Source of the DNA: Octopus sinensis
Taxonomy: Eukaryota
Reading direction: 5' to 3'
Length of the DNA: 64,000 bases
Assembly: GCF_006345805.1 (NCBI RefSeq)
Contig: NC_043000.1
Span: 153,884,001 to 153,948,000 of the forward strand
The translations under genes were made by a program, and so were the position numbers. Shown here one piece after another: positions 53,638 to 64,000 of this stretch. The first letter of the stretch is position 1. The number at the start of each line of letters is the position of its first letter. The notes under the pieces are model-generated. The model did not search any database. It saw only the letters and a program-made list of their open reading frames with translations, and had not been told where the DNA came from.

Positions 53638-54037
53638 ACTCTCTCTTTTACTTGTTTCAGTCATTTGACTGCGGCCATGCTGGAGCACCGCCTTTAGTCG
53701 AGCAAATCGACCCCGGGACTTATTCTTTGTAAGCCCAGTACTTATTTTATCGGTCTCTTTTGCCGAACCGCTAAGTGACGGGGACGTAAACACACCAGCA
53801 TCGGTTGTCAAGCAATGCTAGGGGGACAAACACAGACACACAAACACATACACACACACACATATATATACATATACACGACAGGCTTCTTTCAGTTTCC
53901 GTCTACCAAATCCACTCACAAGGCATTGGTCGGCCCGGGGCTATAGCAGAAGACACTTGCCCAAGATGCCACGCAGTGGGACTGAACCCGGAACCATGTA
54001 GCTGGTAAGCAAGCTACTTACCACACAGCCACTCCTG
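53638..54037 (-). mobile_element. S1 SINE
   Basis: Reverse complement of the full S1 structure. Confidence 0.9.
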
Positions 54038-55980
54038 TATATTGACTGTATGTTATTAAGTGAGGAGCGAATATGAAAGAACTTAACTGTTAATTGGATA
54101 GACTACAAGAAAGCCTATGGTAATGTAGCACACGACTGTCTCTCAGAGTGCCCGGAGACACTCGGGGTCCATGAGATTAACACAATTTTAAAAATAAACA
54201 ATGAGTTTATGAGAGTAAAAATATAAAGCAAAATTGAGCCTATAGGAAATGTGAACATTCGCATGAGAATATTTCAGGAAGGGTCTATGCACTTGCTAAA
54301 ACCAAAGTGAAAATTTATAGATGAGCATAAACTGTACACGAAAACTGAAAAGTGGAACTGTAAGAATATTTAGCAAGAATATCGGTGTACATTTCGAGGT
54401 AAATAAGAGTGTTGTTATAATTATGAAGAGAGATTGAAAGATTAAACCCAATGGTACAGGGACACTACGTGAAGATGTCTTTAGATCGTCCAGAGATAAT
54501 GAAAGTCTTGCAGTACGATAAAATAATGAAGACAAGAATGAGAAGTTTCTAAAATTTACAAGAGAAGGGTTAGGAAGATCCTGGAAACAAAACTAAAAAA
54601 ATGGAATGTTATCAAGGCATTCACTTTATGGGCCGTGTCAAAACTGAAATACTCCGATCATTTTCTAAAGTGGAATAAGACAGAGCTATAAGAATCAAAC
54701 AGAACAAGGAAGCTGCTCGCACTGTACTCCGTGCACCACTCTAAAAGTAGTAGAGAATGAAGCAAAGTTTTATTTAACGTTGTGCATAATGTAGAAAGAA
54801 TGCTAGTAGCGGGTAGAAATACAAAAATAAATAGATAAAGTCGCTGAAACAAAAGAATTCAAGAACTGAAAGATCAAGACAAGTTATTGACAACGAAGAA
54901 CTACGAGACGAAAATATTGAAGCAAAAACTATGCAGCATTTGTAAAATTTATAGGTCGTTATCTCCAATAAATAATCTACTAAAATGCTCGTATATTGGT
55001 CAGTGTTCTGATAAAAACGTGTAAACAAACCAATGGAACACGAGTTAACACATAAAAGAAATGCATATAATACAACTAGAAGCTAAATAAAGCATACTCA
55101 GTGAAAATTGTGACAATATAATTAAGAGACATTGTTTTTCAAGTCTAGGAAATATAACAGAAAAGGCAGAAATGATCACGAGAGAAATATGCTTCTGTTC
55201 GACGTGTATTTTTTACAGAGATATCCGTTCATCAAACTGAAACTTTTACAGTATAATTATGTAGCGAAAATTGTTCGGATTTACATGTAATCTCAAGGGA
55301 GTAAGCTAAGTGAAGATACATTTCTCAAAACTAAAAACATATCAAAAATCAGAATAGAACACTTAAAAGAAAGAATATGTAACATGAAGCAAAATATTAT
55401 AAATAAAAATATAAATAAAAGAATATATGAGGAAGATTTAAGGATAATAAATTCCACAGGTAGAAGGCATGAACACGGCAATCAAAATCTAAAAATAATA
55501 AAAGAATTCAAAACAATAGATCGTCTTTTGAACCAACAAAAGTATCTTCCAAAAGTATCTTCCAAAACCTCTACTTAAAATGTTTAACATGGTCACAGAA
55601 CGTGCTGGCAGAGAAGTGATACTATGGCCGGAGAAAACATTTAACAGGCTCGCTGAGGGTGAACCATTTTAACTTTCAAGACAAAAACAGCTAACCCTAA
55701 AGGCTACAGACTCCTCGACTCCCTTCCGAAAGCTTACATAGTCTTAGCTACAATTAAACTACAGAGAACGAAAACAAATTTGGAAAGAAAAGCTGTTTAC
55801 AGAAAAGCAAAGTATTCTATAAATCCAAACACTACAGATCAACAAAGCTTCAAAGTTGTAACAAAAGACAGTGGGAAACTAAGAGCAGGAAAATGGTATG
55901 TATTGGCTACTGTAAGACTTTTAATAGTTTTCCGAGGAACATAAGCCATGAGTAAGATATCACTAATACTACAAAGATGT

Positions 55981-56210
55981 GGAGGCGCGTGGATTAGTGG
56001 TTAGGGTGTCAACAGCATGATCGTAAGATTGTGGTTTCGATTCCTGGACCGGGTGACGCGTTGTGTTCTTGAGCAAAACACTCCATTTCACGTTGCTCCA
56101 GTCCACTCAGTTGGCAAAAATTAATAACGCTACGATGGGCTGGCGTCCCGTCCAGCTGGGGAACACATACGCCATAGAAACCGGGCAATCGGGCCCATGA
56201 GCCTGTCTAG
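55981..56210 (+). mobile_element. S3-related SINE (shared head and core, different tail)
   Basis: GGTTTCGATTCC B-box and GTGTTCTTGAGCAA..CACGTTGCTCCAGTCCACTCAG core. Confidence 0.75.
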
Positions 56211-57495
56211 GCTTTAAAAGGGCGCATTTCTATTTTATTAATACTACGAAGATACATTAAACACTTCTTGAATGAACAGTAAGCAGTATGCAGGTACAAA
56301 CAAGGCAGAAAGTAATAGAACTAACCCCGACTCTACGAGATGACATATACCAAGGAAATTCTCAGCTTCAATTATTTTTCTTTTGCCTGATGCTAATAAC
56401 ACCTTTAACATTTATATACCAAGAATGAACTCGGATCCAAAGCTAAAGAGCACAATCAGTCATCTAATCATCTTATGATGAACCACCTCAAATAGTTGAA
56501 TGCAAATGTTACGCAAATAGAAACATTGCTGCAGACAATCCACAGGTTTGCAAGCGTAATTTATGACATTCTTATTTTAGAAATGCATCAATGTAAACTT
56601 AAAAAAAGAAAGTTCATAAAAATCGCTAATTTTATGTTAGGTAAAGAAAGGGAAATATAATAATCATATCAAACTAAAAATTATAAATACCTGTAGATAA
56701 TTGAGCTGATTAGAGTAAAATGCGTATTAATGAAGAAAATATTTGATATAGCAAACAGAACTAAATCGAAAAAATGAAGAATATTCATCAATAATATAAC
56801 ATCCCTGCAATAAATTATAGGTATATTCCAAACTTTCATTTATCATATCCTACCTAAAATATGGCATAAAGATTATATTTACAGCGAGTACAGGAAGTTA
56901 GGGACCTTATGCAACTAAAAATCTGTTATATAATATCTACTATAAAACTACGAAGCTATCTAGCAAAGAGCAATGGAAAACTACTTGAAATATCGACAAA
57001 AATATGAACAAAAACAAAATGCCATTTTTTAAAAAAAGAATATAATAAATACTAACCAGATGTTGAAGTAACAGAAATAAGGAACACAAAAATTGTGAAT
57101 TAGTCGCTGAATTCCACGCTAAAACGGTAACAAATAAAGCTCTTGCATGACCCCAACCACAAAAAAAGAACTGAAGAAGGGGGTTATAACAAAATAATAG
57201 CGCATCACCAGCTGAAGAGCACCCGTATCAAAGCTAGGAAGGATTATAGACTGCGGCACAGGAACAAAGACTTTCGAACAGACACAACAATACCGTGTAA
57301 TAAATTAGAATAGATTAACTGTAGAATATGTGGAGGCAGAGAAAAAAAAACAATTAAAAGGATCTCTAGCTACCAAGTTTAACCAAGAAAGAACACAACC
57401 ACAGATTTCACAGAGTTAAAACTTTCTTACGTTGGAGCCTATATCGATATTACGAAATACCCACATGGTATTAACATGGTATTAACATAATATAA

Positions 57496-57908
57496 GGCGG
57501 CGAGCTGGCAGAAACGTTAGCACGCCGGGCGAAATGCTTAGCGGTATTTCGTCTGCGTTACGTTGTGAGTTCAAATTCCATCGAGGTCGACTTTGCCTTT
57601 CATCCTTTCGGGGTCGATAAATTAAGTACCAGTTACGCACTGGGGTCGATGTAATCGACTTAATACCTATGTCTGTCCTTGTTTGTCCCCTCTGTGCTTA
57701 GCCCCTTGTGGGTAATAAAGAAATAGGTATTTCGTCTGCGTTACGTTGTGAGTTCAAATTCCGCCGAGGTCGACTTTGCCTTTCATCCTTTCGGGGTCGA
57801 TAAATTAAGTACCAGTTATGCACTGGGGTCGGTGTAATCGACTTAATACCTATGTCTGTCCTTGTTTGTCCCCTCTGTGTTTAGCCCCTTGTGGGTAATA
57901 AAGAAATA
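57496..57908 (+). mobile_element. S2 SINE: head plus two tandem units, 13-bp TSD
   Basis: Units 57543-57725 and 57726-57908. GGTATTAACATAA at 57478-57490 and 57909-57921. Confidence 0.92.
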
Positions 57909-58337
57909 GGTATTAACATAAACAAAACTGCTCAAGAATGAAAAAGCAACCATACGCTGAAATATGCTAATCAACATATGCAGGGAGAAGATTGAGGCTA
58001 ACTACCCAGATATTGTTGTATATTATCAACAGATGATAATGTGACTGTAAAACAAATATGACAATCTGGAAATGACGAGAAGCAGAATGCGCGGACTGAA
58101 AATAGAACATTCCCTACTGCAACTGGTGCCGTCGTACTGATTAAAAATGCAGTAACTAAAAATACGCACATCATAAGAAAATATTGCCCTATTGAGCATA
58201 TACTGCGTTGAGCGATATCAATACAATTGAAATGTATAACTAAAACAATACTCTGTGATATAACCAAAGACACACTAAGCTGCGCTCAGCGGTGCACCAG
58301 AAAAACGCAATAAGAATAATACGGGATGGTTGTAGCT

Positions 58338-58361
58338 AATTACTACTACTACGAGTACTGC

Positions 58362-58403
<42 letters not shown>

Positions 58404-58730
58404 AAAGAACAAGAACAAGAACAAGAGCAAGAAGAACAAGAAGAACAAGAAGAAGAGGAGTAGGAGGAGGAGGAGAAAGAAGAAGAAGAAGAAGAAGAAG
58501 AAGAAGAGGAGGAGGAGGAGGAGGAAGAAGAAGAAGAAGACAAGAAGAAGAAGAAGAGGAGGATGAAGAAGAAGAAGAAGAAGAAGAAGAAGAAGAAGGA
58601 AGAAGAAGAAGAAGAAGACAAGAAGAAGAAGAAGAAGAAGAAGAAGAAGAGGATGAAGAAGAAGAAGAAGAAGAGGAGGAGGAGGAGGAGGAGGAAGAAG
58701 AAGAAGAAGAGAAGAAGAAGAAGAAGAAGC
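58338..58730. repeat. (ACT)n followed by a ~330-bp almost pure-purine (GAA/GGA)n tract
   Basis: Directly visible. Confidence 0.95.
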
Positions 58731-58829
58731 ATTGTGCAATCCTGTGGCTCCCGTTCTCGATATCTCCTCATCCCCTTTTTCTTTCTCTCACTTCTCTGCC
58801 TGTTTATATATACATCTGTTAATATGTGT

Positions 58830-58867
<38 letters not shown>

Positions 58868-59593
58868 CTCACATATATGTATATATGAGTGCACACATAC
58901 ATACATTCATACATACGTATATATGTACATATTTATATGGAGGGTTAGATACTTACATACATAAATTCATTTTATCCATTTTGTGTCTGTTTTTGCTTTG
59001 TTTTGTTTCATTTTTTTTTGTATTTTCTTTTTGCTTTCTATCTTTTCTTCCGTATCTCTTACACCATATTTCTTGTTACCATGGTCACATTTATTTTAAA
59101 ACAGGAAAAATAAGGAAAACAAATCAAATCAGTCAGTCATGCAACTGTAATAGAAATATCTTTTGACAAAAAGAAGTTGAGTATTGTTTTGATTTTATTT
59201 TCTGGGAAGTAATGATCCGTTCAGTCTTTTTGTTTTCTTTTTAATACTAAAGTACGTAGCGTCGTCATCTACAAACACCGAATATCTTAAACACAGTTGA
59301 GAGAGAGGAGAGGTTTAAAGCTTGACAATAAAAAAGTAGTCAGATGCGAACCAAAAACGATTTTGCAGTTACATTCCCTGAAATCTTGGCCTGGGAATCT
59401 CAGCTGAAAGCTAACATCTTTTTAACGGAGTTCTTTCACTGCCATTATTAAAAGAGCCCTCATAATATTTCATTGTTTTGTGAATTCCATTTATTTAGTT
59501 TTTTTTTCTTCTTATATTATTGTGATTTATACATGTGTGTATGTTTTTGCGTGTGTTTAAGTGTGTGCTTTTGTGAGAAAGTGTGTATGCATC

Positions 59594-59627
<34 letters not shown>

Positions 59628-60114
59628 CATATATGAGCGTGTTTATGAATATGTATTCCGTTGGCATTTCGTATTTAATTGATCATCAGGCGTTCTATGA
59701 ATATACATATGATATATATACATATGCATAGGCCTCATGGCCTTGTGTGTGTGTGTGTGTGTTTATGGGAGTGTATATGTGTGTCTGCATGTACATCTAT
59801 ATCTACCCATTAACATAGATACATATGTACATATATATATATATATATATATATAAGATTCAGTTCAATTGGGTACTCAAATTGAGGTACTTTTCTAGGT
59901 CGGTATAATCTGCACACCCAAGCAATATTAATTAAATATTGAATATCAAGACTCCATGCAGGGGTGTTTGTACCTGATATTCCTGCCGTGTGTGCAGATA
60001 ACGCAACCCACCTAAGTGAAGATTTTCGCTCTTGGTAATTCAGGCGCATATACTTTTATAAAGGTACTTTCTATAGTATTTCCGAAGTGCAGATTCCAAG
60101 TTATGTGAACAGAA

Positions 60115-60188
60115 TATAAATGAGTAACAAAGATGTACAGGTGTCAATTCATGAATTGACACCTGTACATCTTTGTTACTCATTTATA
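60115..60188. repeat. Perfect 74-bp palindrome with no spacer
   Basis: TATAAATGAGTAACAAAGATGTACAGGTGTCAATTCA|TGAATTGACACCTGTACATCTTTGTTACTCATTTATA. Confidence 0.97.
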
Positions 60189-61892
60189 CATACGTACATA
60201 CATACATTCATACATATATATTATATATACATACATACATATATATATGAGATAATGGTCTCATTGAGACCCAAAGGTGTCAGGTAATGCTGAATAAGTG
60301 CTATAGACGGATCATAGTTAAGTTCAAGATTCGGTAATATTGTGAATAAAGGGTTCAACGTTGGTTCTATGTCAGCGTGTGCATATAAGAATTTTTTGCG
60401 TAATAAGATAAAAAAACAAACAGCTGTAAGACCTTCTATCTATAAATGCTCTAATATCTATACAGCCTTGGTTTTTTATCTTATTACGCAAAAAATTCTT
60501 AGATATATAATTTATATTTGACGGATATGTATGGATAATATATATATATATGTATGTATATATGAATGTATGTATGTATGTATGTATGTATGTATGTATG
60601 TATGTATGTATGCGCGGGGACATAGAAATAATCGGATTGAATACCCGATCGCGCAGTTAAACCATTGGGAGTGAAGGACTCCTAGCCTTTGTCAGGGCAT
60701 CCTTCTAGGAGAAGGCAACTCAGGTAACTGGGATAACTCCGACATAAAACCTGCGGCTCAGTGGTTACCGATGATGTTGACTTGTTCTTCTTTTCGGATT
60801 ATGGTTGCTGTTGCTTAGTGAGTGGGATTGACCCAGTGCACAGCCTTTCCTCACTTTAAAAAAAATCATCTTGCACAGGCATCGCACGATAACAACATTG
60901 ATTAAGCTTCGTGCAATGGCCATACTCGATAACGAGGGGGCAGCCACCATGTATGTATGTATGCATGTATGTATGTATATTTATATCCTGGTATATACAA
61001 AATTATGTAGCAGAGGTTTAATCAATGTGTTCCCACGACGTACTTCGCAAGACCACCAAAACGCCCCCCCCCCCGACTACTACTGACCACTACTCTTTAT
61101 AAAAGTTCAGCTAATCCATTCTTCCAATCCACCAGCGGTATCAATGACTCTCGCCACAATATCTCCCCCTTTGAGACTGACTTCTGTTGGAAGTTAACAC
61201 TATCCTTTTTGTTCATTTTTACGTCGTCACTTTTATATCCTGACGACTTGTTGCCAGATGTTGTAACGTATTTGTTACACGACTCTTGGGTAGTATTGTT
61301 CAACTTTTGCACAAAGCACTCTTTTTCATTGTATTAAACACTCCGGTTAGCACACTTGTTATTCGCTCGAATGGATTTTAGTGCGATTTTTTAACCTCAA
61401 GAAGACATCTCCTCTAGTCGGTTAACGCTGCACAGCTGTATTCGATATATTGTGAGCAGGGGAATCGAACCCTCACCAGGTTCTAGCGACGGAACCAACA
61501 CGCTGTTATTCGAACAACTGCCATTACGGCAACTTACGTGTTCGGTGTGAGTTCAACGCGGAACTAACACACCGACTCTTACCGGCCTCTAGCAAAAATC
61601 TTCAACGACTTCTGCCGCCTTGCCGCCTTTTTCACGGGACGTGATAGGTATTTTACTGGTGGTACTTTGGTTGCCGTGTGTGCAACCTCTTCCAGCTTTC
61701 ACCAATTTCTCGCTGTCCGGTGCATGCTGGTTGTACTGAGTTACATGTTACCAGTAGTGCCCAAAAAGTGACCTGACCAGTGCAACAGGTTATACTGGGT
61801 TACATCTTACATTTTATTATTTTTACTTATTTTTACATAATATCGGCCTTTTCACACAGTATGGGCCTGGTATTTGAAATTTTGAATTTTTA

Positions 61893-62352
61893 CGGTGCCG
61901 GTGTAGTATATGATCTACATACATGTTTCTGGTATAGCTTGCGGTCTACATTAGTTCAAATGGTATAGCTTGTGATCTACACCGACTTTTTGATCTACAT
62001 TTTAAATTCATTTACTTACTCGACTTACGGTTGGTTTGGTATATAAACCAAAAAAACTCTTATGATTTAAACACTTTTAGTCCTGAGCCCATTGAAAGAA
62101 GTCATGATGAGTGCAAAAAAATTTTACACACAGGTTATTCGGGATGAAGAAGCTGCAATAGAATTTCTCCGACGCTATTAACTCCTTGATGAAAATGGAG
62201 ATATTGATCCATGCAGCAAATGTGTAGGAGAAATGGTGGAAAAACGAAGAAAAATAAGAGGTGAAGGCCGTTCTGTTTTTCGCTGCACAAAGAGTCTAGA
62301 TTTAAAGTTGCTGTAGATCACAAAGGAATGTAGATCACATACTACACAGCAC
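61893..62352 (+). mobile_element. Internally deleted Merlin/IS1016-like DNA transposon
   Basis: ~25-bp TIRs (GTGCCGGTGTAGTATATGATCTACAT / ATGTAGATCACATACTACACAGCAC), 8-bp TSD AATTTTTA (61885-61892 and 62353-62360), and an N-terminal Zn-ribbon fragment FYTQVIRDEEAAIEFLR...PCSKC.GEM..KRRK...FRC. Confidence 0.6.
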
Positions 62353-62930
62353 AATTTTTATTTCTTTCTTAATTTTGTTTTCTTAAAATTGAAATAAATG
62401 TATTCAATTGTGAAATTGCCGGGCAACGACGTCCAACTCAGCTAGTTTATCAGTGAGAGTTAAAGGTTGGGAAGCCAACCAACTAAGGGATAGTACATAT
62501 CCAATATACTGCTGGTAGTGTGCCCATTTATTCATACCCAAATGCTGGTTATTGTGTGGCAATCTCGCAATTGAGTGTCATATATAAGCGGGGGTAAAAA
62601 GCAGTTTACCTTTAATTTATGCGGCAAATAAGAAAATGGAGAGGATACAAAACGACATAGATCATCCGGTAGACATTCCTGTGTGTCTATTTATTCCAAA
62701 ACATAAGAAAGTATTAGAAGAAAACGTGTTAATGTTACAGAGTAGAGCAAAAGATTATTTGATCTTTTGTTCTTTTCTGTAATATTAATACATGTGTGCG
62801 TGTAACACATAGTTACTACATGTGTATGTTTTCTTCTAATACTTTCTAATGTTTTGGAATAAATAGACACACTGGAATGTCTACCAGATGATGTATGTCG
62901 TTTTGTTTCTTCTCCATTTTCTTATTTTCC

Positions 62931-63010
<80 letters not shown>

Positions 63011-63139
63011 TAATCCAAACAAGAAAGCACAAAAAAAACACAACAACGCGAGGACGTGGAACAAATAAAGTATTATTGGACGCTCGGGAAAGAAGGGAAG
63101 AAGGAGGGTTTAACGTTTCGAGCGGAGCTCTTCGTCGGA

Positions 63140-63448
63140 CAGTACTTTCGAGACAGTACTTCTTGATACACCAAACATTTCGGCTCTTTTCCTTACGCTA
63201 GCGCCTGCCATACGAGCACCGACAATTTGAACTCTTTGAAAGTTCGATAGATCTGTGATTTTAATGAATTTTAATTACATTTTTCTAATGATATCTGAAA
63301 AGAAACAGCAATTTTAGCAAAACGTATTAAGCAACACTAATAATAAATCAGAAAACATAAATATAAACAAGCTCTTGACGGCTCTATAGATATTCCAAAA
63401 TTACGATGCTATGATGGTAGGTGTTTCCATTATTTTGTCCAACCCCTG
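63140..63448 (-). mobile_element. 5' end of a Tc1-like transposon, truncated
   Basis: TA|CAGGGGTTGGACAAAATAATGGAAAC terminus and HTH DLSNFQRVQIVGARMAGASV...FGVSRSTVSKV. Confidence 0.8.
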
Positions 63449-63454
63449 TATATA

Positions 63455-63488
<34 letters not shown>

Positions 63489-63859
63489 TCATACATGTAC
63501 ATGTTCATACATGCATATATACATATATACCTATTCATACATATACATGCATTTTTACATACTCCTCTATGTGCGTTTTTTTGTGTATTTGTGAGTATGT
63601 AAGCAGGTAGGTATGAATACGTGCAATCACGTGTATTGTGATGCAGTTTACTTCTATGAGAAAGTCGTTCAATGGAAAATGAACATGCAATACTCATGCT
63701 TGTTTACATTTTTTACAACCATACTCGCACACGCACATATATAGGAATGTATATATATATACATATATTTATATGTGTGTATGTGCATACACACACGCGC
63801 GCACAAAGCCTGTTGCTGCATGGATACAGTGGTTGCAGTTTGTGTTAGTGGCAGCTGAA

Positions 63860-63920
<61 letters not shown>

Positions 63921-64000
63921 TACATGTACATGTTCATACATGCATATATACATATATACCTATTCATACATATACATGCATTTTTACATACTCCTCTATG
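63455..64000. repeat. Direct duplication with a ~429-bp period running off the window end
   Basis: 63488-63571 is identical to 63917-64000. Confidence 0.85.

Larger units (their letters stand above)
54060..58325 (+). mobile_element. Heavily decayed Dong-like LINE sequence (at least two fragments) with nested SINEs
   Basis: WIDYKKAYG (~54095), ILETKL..NVIKAFTLWAVSKLKYS (~54580), HLMMNHLK..QIETLLQTIH (~56465), KYDNLE..SRM (~58055), and the 3' motif AAGCTGCGCTC at 58277. Confidence 0.65.

Noticed and set aside
61097-61312. 71-aa ORF as a first coding exon
   Set aside because: It starts at GTG shortly after an in-frame stop, with no splice donor or homology.

Overview
AT-rich, microsatellite-saturated eukaryotic DNA. 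It is most likely intergenic or intronic sequence from an octopus genome, inferred from the character of the SINE families and repeats and not database-checked. No host protein-coding gene, true tRNA or rRNA gene, or CRISPR array can be supported. Nearly all ORFs in the track are microsatellite or antisense artefacts. The window is a stack of transposable elements: R4/Dong-like RLE LINEs sitting in (TAA)n tracts (one copy nearly intact at 3371-6105), Tx1-like LINE material, Penelope-like (GIY-YIG) elements with hammerhead-ribozyme-like motifs, mariner/Tc1/Merlin DNA transposon relics, non-autonomous Helitrons, and four tRNA-headed SINE families (S1-S4, my labels). The most interesting signals are: (i) the S2 SINE inserts at GGTAT sites, carries GGTAT in its own head, and forms headless 184-bp tandem arrays consistent with repeated self-insertion; (ii) an ORF1-only Tx1-like element sits between the A and B boxes of an S1 SINE with a 15-bp TSD; (iii) a complete minimal hammerhead lies at 47481-47525, with several degenerate relatives elsewhere; (iv) a PLE-containing insert is bracketed by a ~125-bp duplication; (v) there is a head-to-head Helitron palindrome and three fold-back hairpins; (vi) a perfect 6x23-bp repeat marks a LINE 5' junction.
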